Source of the DNA: Actinomycetota bacterium
Lineage (GTDB): Bacteria; Actinomycetota; Actinomycetes; Nanopelagicales; Nanopelagicaceae
Direction: 5' to 3'
Length of the DNA: 64,000 nt
NCBI GenBank assembly: GCA_026392945.1
Contig: JAPLBB010000016.1
Span: 4,983 to 68,982, forward strand
Each line of letters opens with the position of its first letter. Within the stretch, counting starts at the first letter, position 1. Under the pieces are notes generated by a model. The model had not been told where the DNA came from, did no database searches, and saw only the letters and a list, made by a program, of their open reading frames with translations. A program made the position numbers and the translations under genes. Shown one piece after another: positions 9,041 through 20,870 of this stretch.

Positions 9041-10339
9041 ATGTCATTTAAAGATTTAGGCGTTAATCCTGCGCTGATCAAAGCACTACACACCGCAGGC
9101 ATTGAAAAACCATTCCCAATTCAAAAAGCCACATTGCCTGATGCAATCGCTGGCAAAGATATTTTAGGTCGGGGCCAAACCGGTTCTGGAAAAACCTTAG
9201 CTTTCGGTCTAGCGCTGATGACCCGGTTAGCTGGAAAAACAGCAGCTCCGATGAAGCCGCTTGCTTTAGTTTTATCACCAACTAGAGAACTAGCAATGCA
9301 GATAAGCGATGTAATCGCGCCATTGTCTAGGACGGTTAATTTGAATTCACAAGTTGTCGCTGGCGGACTTTCATACTCAAAACAAATTCAAGCTCTAAAA
9401 AGAGGCGTGCCAATCGTGGTTGCTACGCCTGGCCGGCTAATTGATTTAATTCAAAAGAAACATATCCGATTAGATGATATTTCAATAACAGTATTAGATG
9501 AAGCTGATCAGATGGCTGATATGGGATTTTTACCAGATGTTAAAAAGATCCTTGATCAAACTAAACCCGACGGACAACGCATGTTATTTAGCGCCACCTT
9601 AGACAAAGATGTCGACTCACTTGTTAAGAAGTATTTAAAAAATCCAGTAACCCACTCATTAGCAAATGAGAAATCAACTGCTGGCAATATGACTCACCAT
9701 GTTTTAATTATGGAACAAGCTCATAAAGATTTAATCACATCTCAGATTGCTGCTAGAAAAGGGAAAAGTATTTTCTTTGTTAGAACAAAACATGGCGCAG
9801 ATAAATTAACTAAGAAGATGCAAGAAGTTGGTGTTGCAGTTGGCGCTTTACATGGCGGCAAAACCCAAGCACAACGTTCTAGAGTTTTAGAAGCTTTTAA
9901 AGCAGGCCATACAAATGCATTAGTGGCAACTGATGTTGCAGCCCGAGGCATACATGTTGATGATGTTTCTTTAGTTGTACATGTTGATGCACCTGAGAAC
10001 CATAAAGATTATTTACACAGAGCTGGCCGAACTGCCAGAGCTGGCGCGGTTGGAACAGTGGTAACACTTGCCACTCATAAGCAAAGAAAAGGTGTGCACG
10101 GCTTAGCAGCAAGAGCGGGCGTGAGATTAAATGAATCAACAGTTAGACCACTTGATGCTAATTTAGTAAAGGTAACCGGAGCAGCCGAGCCATCAGGTAT
10201 TCCAATTGTTAGCGCGCAAGGTGCAAAAAGTGAAGGTGATGGTAGGTCTGGTGGGTATCGAGGTTCAAGATCTAGAGGCGGCGGTAAAAAGAAAAAATCT
10301 CGTCCGCGTCCACATGAGCGTCGCAAACGTCCTCGGTAA
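9041..10339 (+). CDS. DEAD-box ATP-dependent RNA helicase
   Basis: Q motif PFPIQ, GQTGSGKT, SPTRELA, ATPGR, LDEAD, SAT, ARGIHV, HRAGRTAR. Gly/Arg/Lys-rich C-terminal tail. Confidence 0.96.
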   Translation: MSFKDLGVNPALIKALHTAGIEKPFPIQKATLPDAIAGKDILGRGQTGSGKTLAFGLALMTRLAGKTAAPMKPLALVLSPTRELAMQISDVIAPLSRTVNLNSQVVAGGLSYSKQIQALKRGVPIVVATPGRLIDLIQKKHIRLDDISITVLDEADQMADMGFLPDVKKILDQTKPDGQRMLFSATLDKDVDSLVKKYLKNPVTHSLANEKSTAGNMTHHVLIMEQAHKDLITSQIAARKGKSIFFVRTKHGADKLTKKMQEVGVAVGALHGGKTQAQRSRVLEAFKAGHTNALVATDVAARGIHVDDVSLVVHVDAPENHKDYLHRAGRTARAGAVGTVVTLATHKQRKGVHGLAARAGVRLNESTVRPLDANLVKVTGAAEPSGIPIVSAQGAKSEGDGRSGGYRGSRSRGGGKKKKSRPRPHERRKRPR

Positions 10340-10363
10340 TAATATTTAAAGTTAATATTTCTT

Positions 10364-13227
<2,864 letters not shown>

Positions 13228-13366
13228 TTATACTCGCCTTTGCCTTACTCGCCCACGCTCAATCAAACCCGCCCTGACCTATCGTGGGCATATTCACACT
13301 CATCTATCAGCCTTAATTGCTAGGGTTGTATTACTTCCCAAACAGATTAAACCAACAGGAGCTAAT

Positions 13367-14302
13367 TTGTCTGAAGATGATGATTTCAGTTCAGAAGAAA
13401 TAATTACTGAAGAGATGCTTTGGGAGCGAATTCCTGAAGTTGATGGTTTAGATCGAGCAAATACATATTATGAATTAAGCGCGCGAATATATGCTCGTGG
13501 TCAATATGACGAAGCATTAGCACTTGCTGAAACTGCCAGAGATATTTATTCAGATTTGGGAGCAGTAGCCCCAGCAGAAGGATTAGCCCAGGCGTATTCA
13601 GCAATTGGTTATAACTTAAATCAATTAAAGCGGATGAATGAAGCTGCTAATGCAATGAGCAAAGCGGTAGATCTGCTTCGCGAAACTAAATCACCAATAG
13701 CAATTGAACTCGCCTGCACCTTAGGTGAGTGGTGGTTTAACTCTAAAGAGTATGAAAAAACTATTGAGTGCATGAATGATTGTGTGCAGGAGCATTTAGT
13801 AGATGGCAATGATTCGGGGGCGGCTAATGATCTACACCTAATTGGTTGCGCATACCGTGAGTTAAAAAATTATGAGAAATCACTTGAGGCATTTAAAGAA
13901 TCACGGGCATTATTTAAGAAGTTAAAAGAGGTTATCAATGTGGCAAGGTGTGATCAAAAGATTGCTCACTGCTTAACTGAATTAGGGGATGCAGAAGGTG
14001 CGTTAATTTCTGCTCAAAAATCATTAGATGTATTTGTTACCGCTCATGATCATCGCCGTGAGACCTACTCTTCATTTGAGTTAGGCAAAGCACAAATTGC
14101 ATCTGGTCAATTTGAAGAGGCTCTTATGACCCTTGAAAATGTATTAGAGAATGTGACTGAATCTGAGTTTAAAGATTTTGAATTTATTATTGATATTGAA
14201 CGCAAGATCGCAATCACACTTCGCAAATTAGATCGAGACATGGAGGCTGATGAGATTGTCCGCCGCCTAGACGCTGTTGTTGAAGTAATTGATGAGGATT
14301 AA
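13367..14302 (+). CDS. Tetratricopeptide-repeat protein, function unknown
   Basis: Helical repeats (YDEALALAE, YEKSLEAF, FEEALMTL). Start moved from 13208 to the in-frame TTG at 13367, which follows an AGGAG SD (13357-13361) and a TAGGGT -10 (13321-13326). Confidence 0.75.
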   Translation: MSEDDDFSSEEIITEEMLWERIPEVDGLDRANTYYELSARIYARGQYDEALALAETARDIYSDLGAVAPAEGLAQAYSAIGYNLNQLKRMNEAANAMSKAVDLLRETKSPIAIELACTLGEWWFNSKEYEKTIECMNDCVQEHLVDGNDSGAANDLHLIGCAYRELKNYEKSLEAFKESRALFKKLKEVINVARCDQKIAHCLTELGDAEGALISAQKSLDVFVTAHDHRRETYSSFELGKAQIASGQFEEALMTLENVLENVTESEFKDFEFIIDIERKIAITLRKLDRDMEADEIVRRLDAVVEVIDED

Positions 14303-14310
14303 TTAAGTAA

Positions 14311-14964
14311 TTACTTTTTTGGGTGGTTAGTTGGATTCAAATGTTGCATTGCCCAGGCATACATTGCGATCGCACCAGCAGCTGATGCATTCATAGACCT
14401 AGTTGAACCATATTGAGAAATTGCTAAAACTACCGTGCAGATTTCAACACCTTCATCACTCATGCCCGCACCCTCTTGGCCAAATAACATCACGCATCTC
14501 TTAGGTAAATCAGTACTTTCTAATTGTTTAGAAACTGGCAAATTATCAATTCCAATAATTGGTAGATTTTCGTTGTCACACCAAGCTTTAAACTCTGCAA
14601 CGGTTGCATGATGGTGAACAGTTAAATATCTATCAGTAACCATTGCACCTCTTCGGTTCCAATCACGTTTACCAACAATATGAACCGCTGAAACATTAAA
14701 TGCATTTGCAGTTCTAACTATTGAACCAATATTTAAATCATGTTGCCAATTTTCAATTGCGATTTGTAGTTCATGTCGCTTGGTATCAAGATCGGCAACA
14801 ATTGCTGATAACTTCCAATACCTGTACTTATCTAAGACATTTCTGCGATCACCTTGCTCAAGTAACTCTGGATCAAAGTGATTATCAGTTGGCCATGGTT
14901 TAGAGTGTGGTCCTACGCCAACTACCTGGTAAAACTCACCAGGACCGACAATTGATTCAGACAT
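14311..14964 (-). CDS. TrmH/SpoU-family RNA methyltransferase
   Basis: HDLNIGSIVRTANAF, FGQEGAG, STRSMNAS SPOUT motifs. Confidence 0.9.
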   Translation of the reverse strand: MSESIVGPGEFYQVVGVGPHSKPWPTDNHFDPELLEQGDRRNVLDKYRYWKLSAIVADLDTKRHELQIAIENWQHDLNIGSIVRTANAFNVSAVHIVGKRDWNRRGAMVTDRYLTVHHHATVAEFKAWCDNENLPIIGIDNLPVSKQLESTDLPKRCVMLFGQEGAGMSDEGVEICTVVLAISQYGSTRSMNASAAGAIAMYAWAMQHLNPTNHPKK

Positions 14965-14992
14965 AAGTAAACCTTAAGGCTAAGGAGTGGTG

Positions 14993-15880
14993 ATGCGAAA
15001 ATCATGGCTGCCTGCCTATCTAGCATTAGGCCTAGTTTGGGGTTGTTCCTTTATTTTCATAAAACTTGGCCTTGAATTTTTAACTCCATTTGGGGTTGCC
15101 TTTGTTAGATGCGCATTAGGGGCTATTACATTATTAATAGTTGTAAAACTTATGAAAATTGATTTACCAAAAGAAAAAAGCACTTGGTACAAACTTTGGA
15201 TAGTTGCAATGTTATTAAATGTGGTTCCGGGAATTCTTTTTGCTTATGCAGAGCTGCATGTGACATCTGTTCTTGCTGGAATTATTAACGCCACCACTCC
15301 GCTTGCGACATTAATTGTGATGCTAATTGCATTTAGAGAAGAAAAATTAAAAGCCGAACAGGTGTATGGGCTAATTCTTGGTGGCATCGGAGTAATGGTA
15401 GTTCTTGGGATTTGGCAAGGAATCGGTGACAATCAACTAACTGGTGTAATCGCATTGCTGATTGCTGTTACATGTTATGGAATTTCATTTCCATACTCAA
15501 AGCGAAACGTAATCCCACTTGGCTTAAAACCAGAGGCTGCTGCCACCACCCAATTAATTATGGCTGCAATTACTTTATTACCATTTTATTTATATGATGG
15601 AATATCTCAGGATAACTATCGACCAGCAAATATTTTTGCCATGCTAGCTCTTGGAATTTTAGGAAGTGGCTTTGCTTATATTTGGAACTTTTCGATCATT
15701 GCTGCCGCTGGAAGTTCTATCGCTAGTTCAGTGACCTATCTAACTCCAGTTGTTGCAGTCTTTGTTGGTTGGCTATTCTTAGGCGAAGTTATTGTTTGGC
15801 ATGAACCAGTAGGCGCACTGTTAGTAATACTTGGAGCCGCAGTTTCACAAGGAAGATTTAATCGAAGGGTGCAGATTTAA
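14993..15880 (+). CDS. EamA/DMT family transporter
   Basis: LVWGCSF, about 10 TM segments, TYLTPVVAV..GWLFLGE. ATG at 14993 follows AAGGAG. Confidence 0.9.
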   Translation: MRKSWLPAYLALGLVWGCSFIFIKLGLEFLTPFGVAFVRCALGAITLLIVVKLMKIDLPKEKSTWYKLWIVAMLLNVVPGILFAYAELHVTSVLAGIINATTPLATLIVMLIAFREEKLKAEQVYGLILGGIGVMVVLGIWQGIGDNQLTGVIALLIAVTCYGISFPYSKRNVIPLGLKPEAAATTQLIMAAITLLPFYLYDGISQDNYRPANIFAMLALGILGSGFAYIWNFSIIAAAGSSIASSVTYLTPVVAVFVGWLFLGEVIVWHEPVGALLVILGAAVSQGRFNRRVQI

Positions 15881-17043
15881 TGAAGAAAATATCAGCACTT
15901 CTTTTATTAGTCTTAACATTTAACCTACAGCCAGCTTTAGCGGCCGAACCATTACCTCAACCATTTTTTGATTACCTAAGCTCAAAGTATTTAGCAGACC
16001 CTGGAATTATTTTATTAGATGGAAGTACAAAAGAGGTTGTCTATGAGAGTGGCGCAGCGGTACTCCGCACTCCCGCCTCGGTTTTAAAATTAACCTCCGC
16101 CACAGCAGTCGCAATGGCGTTTGATAGTGACACTATTTTCACAACCACACTATTTAAAACTGAGAAGAAAGGCGTGTTTGTAATTTTAGGAGATGATGAT
16201 CCATGGATGACATCTAATGCTAAATATCGCGATGCAAATAAACGTGCCTACACGCCAACATTAATTAAGGCAGCATTTGCAACTGATAAAAAATTAAAGA
16301 AAATAACTCTGCTTTATGATGGCATAAATGGTTCAGATATCTATTATGCTAAAAAAGCATTAGGTAGAAGAGCTTCAGTTGTGTATAAAGCGATCAGTAA
16401 AGATGTTGATCCAACCTCACTCATAACTGAAAAAGTAACTGAGGTAGTTTCGCCACCGCTTTCAAAGATGATTAAATTTGCACTTCTTTATAGCGATAAC
16501 GTGTTAAGTCAACGACTTGTCATGCTGGCAACTTCAAAATATGGATATCCACTAAATAAAACTGGTTTAAATAAAATGATGAATGAAAAATTAGATGAAA
16601 TGGGGGTTGATACCACCGGATTATATTTAGAAGATGGTTCTGGTCTATCAGGTGGTAATCGAATCTCTGCGGTAACAGTTTCGCAGTTACTTCTTAAAAT
16701 TAGAAGTGAACCAAGATTAAAAGTTGTTTATGACTCACTTCCAATAAGTGGAGAATCTGGAACATTAATTGGTAGATACCATTCAACCGCGCCACAAGCT
16801 GTTGGCTTAGTTAAAGCAAAAACCGGTTCTACTCGTCACACAGTTTCACTTGCTGGCTTTGCTACATCTGGCGATAAAGAATATGTGTTTGTGGTCATTG
16901 CAGATCATGTTGGAAGAACAAAAAGGATTCAAAATGCAGCACGCAGCGCTATTGATCGAATGCTGGGCACAATTACTAAACCGCCTACCGCACCACTTCC
17001 AGTACCTAACCCATCAACAATTCCATTTGTTGCAACTTCATAA
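15880..17043 (+). CDS. dacB: D-Ala-D-Ala carboxypeptidase/endopeptidase (peptidase S13, PBP4-like)
   Basis: Signal peptide, SxxK (PASVLK), SxN (SDN), DGSGLS, KTG. Pro-rich C-terminus. Confidence 0.88.
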   Translation: MKKISALLLLVLTFNLQPALAAEPLPQPFFDYLSSKYLADPGIILLDGSTKEVVYESGAAVLRTPASVLKLTSATAVAMAFDSDTIFTTTLFKTEKKGVFVILGDDDPWMTSNAKYRDANKRAYTPTLIKAAFATDKKLKKITLLYDGINGSDIYYAKKALGRRASVVYKAISKDVDPTSLITEKVTEVVSPPLSKMIKFALLYSDNVLSQRLVMLATSKYGYPLNKTGLNKMMNEKLDEMGVDTTGLYLEDGSGLSGGNRISAVTVSQLLLKIRSEPRLKVVYDSLPISGESGTLIGRYHSTAPQAVGLVKAKTGSTRHTVSLAGFATSGDKEYVFVVIADHVGRTKRIQNAARSAIDRMLGTITKPPTAPLPVPNPSTIPFVATS

Positions 17044-17084
17044 AAATTGTTAATTTCAACTACAGCGATAGGCTTAAATCACTA

Positions 17085-17936
17085 ATGAAAAATTACCTAG
17101 ATTTAATGAAGCTCCGCGTCGTTGAACTATTACTTGTCACAACAGTTCCGGCTCTATTTATTGCAAGTGAAGGTATCCCAAGTGTTTCAGTAACCTTTTG
17201 GAGTTTGCTTGGTGGAACATTAGCTGCAGGAGGTGCCAACGCATTTAATATTGTGATCGAAGCAGACTCTGATCGGTTAATGAAGCGAACTGCAAACCGA
17301 CCAATTGCAACTGGGCAGATTTCAAAAAAGAACGGCTTAATATTTTCATTATTTATTTCTATTCTCTCCTTGTTTATTTTCTATATATTTACTACTGATC
17401 TAGCAACCTTGCTTACCGCCATTGCAATCATTTTTTATGTCCTAATTTATACAATCACATTGAAAAGAAATACCTCGCAAAATATTGTTTGGGGTGGTAT
17501 TGCCGGCTGCATGCCAGTTCTGATCGGCCAGGCCGCAGTCACCAATAGCCTGACCATCACCTCTTGGTTATTTTTCATCGTAATTTTCTTTTGGACGCCA
17601 CCACATTTTTGGGCTCTGGCCGTTCGGTATAAAGATGATTACGCCGCCGCGGGTATCCCGATGTTGCCAGTAGTTGCACCAATGGAATCAGTAATTAGGC
17701 AAATGTGGTTTCACTCAATCGCAATGTCAATTACTTCGGTTGCCTTAATTATTAACGCAAAGATGGCGCCATTAATTTTAATTAGTTCTATACTTTTAAT
17801 TCTGGCCTGGAACCTGCAATTAGTTAATCTGACAAAGTCTCCTACTGAGCCTAATGCCGGTAAATTATTTCAAGCTTCAATTGTTTTTCTCAGCATTTAC
17901 TCATTTTTAATAGTAGTTGGAGTATTGCTTAAGTAG
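17085..17936 (+). CDS. ctaB: Protoheme IX farnesyltransferase (heme o synthase)
   Basis: UbiA fold, DRLMKRTANRP, LKRNTSQNIVWGG, FFWTPPHFWALA..YKDDY. Confidence 0.93.
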   Translation: MKNYLDLMKLRVVELLLVTTVPALFIASEGIPSVSVTFWSLLGGTLAAGGANAFNIVIEADSDRLMKRTANRPIATGQISKKNGLIFSLFISILSLFIFYIFTTDLATLLTAIAIIFYVLIYTITLKRNTSQNIVWGGIAGCMPVLIGQAAVTNSLTITSWLFFIVIFFWTPPHFWALAVRYKDDYAAAGIPMLPVVAPMESVIRQMWFHSIAMSITSVALIINAKMAPLILISSILLILAWNLQLVNLTKSPTEPNAGKLFQASIVFLSIYSFLIVVGVLLK

Positions 17937-17968
17937 TTTTTACACTTTTTAATGGGATAATTATTCTC

Positions 17969-18874
17969 ATGTCCTCCCCCCTCGCACTTGATGTTGCCGA
18001 TTTATCAAAAAAATATGGCGATCGAATGGCGCTTTCTCATGCCAACTTTGAGGTACCGATGGGGAGTATTTGTGGTTTTGTCGGACCAAATGGCTCTGGT
18101 AAAACTACAACCATCAGAATGCTGCTTGGCTTAATCACACCGACTACTGGTGGTGGCCATGTTTTAGGTGAGTCAATTACCGAGCCTGAAAAATATTTAC
18201 CACGAGTTGGCGCCATGATTGAAGGCCCGGCTTTTTATCCAGCACTTACTGGCTTTCAAAACTTAAATGTATTGGCAAAAATTGGTGGATTCTCAACCGA
18301 TTTAATTGCTGGTTTACTTGATTTAGTAGGTCTTGGTGACCGCGGTAACTCGAAATATAAAACATACTCACTTGGCATGAAACAAAGATTAGGAATTGCG
18401 GCAGCATTATTACCAAATCCAAAATTATTAGTTTTAGATGAACCAACCAACGGTCTTGATCCGGCTGGAATCCATGAAATTAGAACACTGCTTCGTAAGC
18501 TAGCTGACTCTGGCACAACAGTATTTGTTTCCTCTCACTTACTTTCTGAGATTGAAATGATTAGCGATCACCTTGTGATGCTCAGGTTGGGTAAGGTTAT
18601 TTTCGCCGGCAAAACAATTGACTTACTTGCTAAACAACAACCAGTAATTGTGGCAAAACCAGAAAATATAAGTGACTTAAATAAACTTGCACAAATTGCA
18701 ACTGCTGCTGGCCATCAAGCAACAATTACGGAAAACACGGTTCATGTCACCGGTACATCAGATTTCTCCGCCAAATTAAACAAAGCAGCATTTGAAGCTG
18801 GAATAACTTTAGAGTCTTTAACTCCCGTAAAAGCATCTTTGGAAGATACTTTCTTTGAAATGACGGGTGAGTAA
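17969..18874 (+). CDS. ABC exporter ATP-binding protein (BcrA/ABC-2-type)
   Basis: GPNGSGKTT, YSLGMKQR, LDEPTNGLD, SSH. Confidence 0.92.
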   Translation: MSSPLALDVADLSKKYGDRMALSHANFEVPMGSICGFVGPNGSGKTTTIRMLLGLITPTTGGGHVLGESITEPEKYLPRVGAMIEGPAFYPALTGFQNLNVLAKIGGFSTDLIAGLLDLVGLGDRGNSKYKTYSLGMKQRLGIAAALLPNPKLLVLDEPTNGLDPAGIHEIRTLLRKLADSGTTVFVSSHLLSEIEMISDHLVMLRLGKVIFAGKTIDLLAKQQPVIVAKPENISDLNKLAQIATAAGHQATITENTVHVTGTSDFSAKLNKAAFEAGITLESLTPVKASLEDTFFEMTGE

Positions 18875-19667
18875 TATGTGGAATGTATTAAGAGCTGAGT
18901 TAACAAAACTTCGCCGGCCATCTCTTTCAGTATCAACACTTCTTGCTGTAACTTTTGTTACTAGTTTAATAACATCAGTTCTATTCTTACTTGTTGATTC
19001 GCCAGAAGGAAATGGTGAGCGGGGTGTAAGAATAAGCAGAGATGTGCTTTCACTACCTACCGGAATTTCATTGAGTTTTACCAACACTGCAGGCCTTTTG
19101 GGCGTCGTCGCACTTTGTGTTTTTGCAGCCCAAACTGCGCAGGAGTACACCTATGGAACGCTTCGCAATTTACTAGTCCGCCAGCCATCTCGGATGAAGA
19201 TTTTAATTGGCAAATTAGGCGCAATGAAGTTATTTGCAATTGTAATGGTTGCATTTTCTGCAATTGTTGGAATTGCTCTTTCTTATCTGTTTGCCGGCGT
19301 AAAGGACATTTCCACGCAAGCCTGGTCAACATCAGATGCAAAAACGGCGGTTTGGCACAGCTTTATCAATGTGTTAATTGCAACAATTGGTTATGGAATT
19401 TTTGGAATGATTTTAGGCTTACTGTTTAGATCACCAATCTCTGCAATCTCGATTGGCGTAATTTGGAATTTGATTTTTGAAGGCTTGCTATCTGCATTTG
19501 TTAAAAACATTGATCGCTATTTTCCCGGCCAACTATTATCAATTGTTGCTCAAGGAGGTACTGACCGGATTTCTTATCAGTACGCCTTGTTTACCTCATA
19601 CGGCTTCCTATTAGGTGGGTTAGCCATTGTCGCTTTCTTATTCAAAAAACGAGATGTGGCAAATTGA
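18867..19667 (+). CDS. ABC-2-type transporter permease
   Basis: Six TM segments, EYTYGTLRNLL..QPSR..GKL, ending FKKRDV. Alternative start at ATG 18876. Confidence 0.88.
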   Translation: MSNMWNVLRAELTKLRRPSLSVSTLLAVTFVTSLITSVLFLLVDSPEGNGERGVRISRDVLSLPTGISLSFTNTAGLLGVVALCVFAAQTAQEYTYGTLRNLLVRQPSRMKILIGKLGAMKLFAIVMVAFSAIVGIALSYLFAGVKDISTQAWSTSDAKTAVWHSFINVLIATIGYGIFGMILGLLFRSPISAISIGVIWNLIFEGLLSAFVKNIDRYFPGQLLSIVAQGGTDRISYQYALFTSYGFLLGGLAIVAFLFKKRDVAN

Positions 19668-20860
19668 TGATTAAAAAACTGATAGCCGCATTTTTAATAT
19701 TAACTCTGGTTCCAACTGCAGCAATTGCAGCGCCACCAAAACCAACCCAAGCGCAAATTGATGCCGCTAAAAAACTCGAGGATGAAAAGAAGGCAGCAGC
19801 AGATGCTTCTGCTGCAAAATTAAACTCTGCGAAAAAGACTTTAAAGCAACTTGCCTCAATTGCTACTGCAAAACATAAATTATATGTTTCAGCTCAAAAT
19901 GAATTAAAAATGAAAACTAAACAAGCAGATTTAGCAATGAAGCATTTACAAGTTGCACAAGCCTCTGTTAGTAGTGGAAAACGAGCAATTGGAAAGTTAG
20001 CAGCTAATGCTTATGTTTCAGGAGGTGGCTTTACTGATCTAGATTCATTACTAAAAGCAGATGGCCCACAAGATTTAGCAGATCGCCTAAGTGCCTTAGA
20101 TGCAGTTGGTCAAAATAATTCAACTGCATTAGATCGGTATAAGTCCGCAGAGGTAGTTGCCTCCTCTGCGCAAAAAGCAGCTGACACCGCTAAACAAGCA
20201 CAGGCAGCTGCCACAATTAAAGTTGCTAGTGCAAAGAAAGCTGCTGAAGCTGCTGAAGCAATGCAGCAAGAAGAGGTAGATAAATTACAAGCTGTTCAAG
20301 ATAAATTAGCAAAAGAGTTAGCTGTTGCTCAAAAAACACGGGTAACACTTGAACAACAACGCCAACTTGCATTATTAGAAGAGTCAAATGCGGGCCGAGC
20401 TGTATTAACTCCTGATCAGTCAAAGATCTGGCCAGATACCGGCTTCACTGGAAGAAGCAGCACTAGATCAACTGAGGCAATGCGGGCAGCTGCAGTTGAG
20501 TATGCGTCAAAACAAGTTTTGGCTAAGAAGCGATATGTATGGGGCAGTGAAGGCCCAACAACTTTTGACTGCTCTGGTTTGGTTTATGCCGCCTACCGTG
20601 ACGCCGGTCTTGGTTGGCCAAATTGGGATCGACTTAACTCCTCACTTTATTGGGTTTCAACGAAGCGTGTGCCATTAAAAGATTTAGTTCCTGGTGACCT
20701 ACTTTTCTACTCTTATAAACCAACAGTTAACACAATTCACCATATATCCATCTATGCCGGGGACGGCATGATGTGGGAGGCGAACTCAAAAGACAAAGGT
20801 TTGCTCTACTCAAGCATCTACAGCGTTAAGGGTTTATTGCCTTACGGGGGTCGGGTCTAA
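19667..20860 (+). CDS. Secreted NlpC/P60 (C40) peptidoglycan endopeptidase with long Ala/Lys coiled coil (RipA/RipC-like)
   Basis: Signal peptide, about 210 aa coiled coil, YVWG, FDCSG, PGDLLF, HISIY. ATG overlaps the permease stop (TGATG). Confidence 0.9.
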   Translation: MIKKLIAAFLILTLVPTAAIAAPPKPTQAQIDAAKKLEDEKKAAADASAAKLNSAKKTLKQLASIATAKHKLYVSAQNELKMKTKQADLAMKHLQVAQASVSSGKRAIGKLAANAYVSGGGFTDLDSLLKADGPQDLADRLSALDAVGQNNSTALDRYKSAEVVASSAQKAADTAKQAQAAATIKVASAKKAAEAAEAMQQEEVDKLQAVQDKLAKELAVAQKTRVTLEQQRQLALLEESNAGRAVLTPDQSKIWPDTGFTGRSSTRSTEAMRAAAVEYASKQVLAKKRYVWGSEGPTTFDCSGLVYAAYRDAGLGWPNWDRLNSSLYWVSTKRVPLKDLVPGDLLFYSYKPTVNTIHHISIYAGDGMMWEANSKDKGLLYSSIYSVKGLLPYGGRV

Positions 20861-20870
20861 TCTTCTCGGT

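Noticed and set aside
10340-10363. AATATT repeats after the helicase stop as a terminator
   Set aside because: The stem is all A/T and weak. It is better explained as the -10 region of the NCS1 gene.
17047-17062. TTGTTAATTTCAAC upstream of ctaB as a Rex operator
   Set aside because: Spacing and the right half do not fit TTGTGAA-N4-TTCACAA, and no such site is seen before nuoA.
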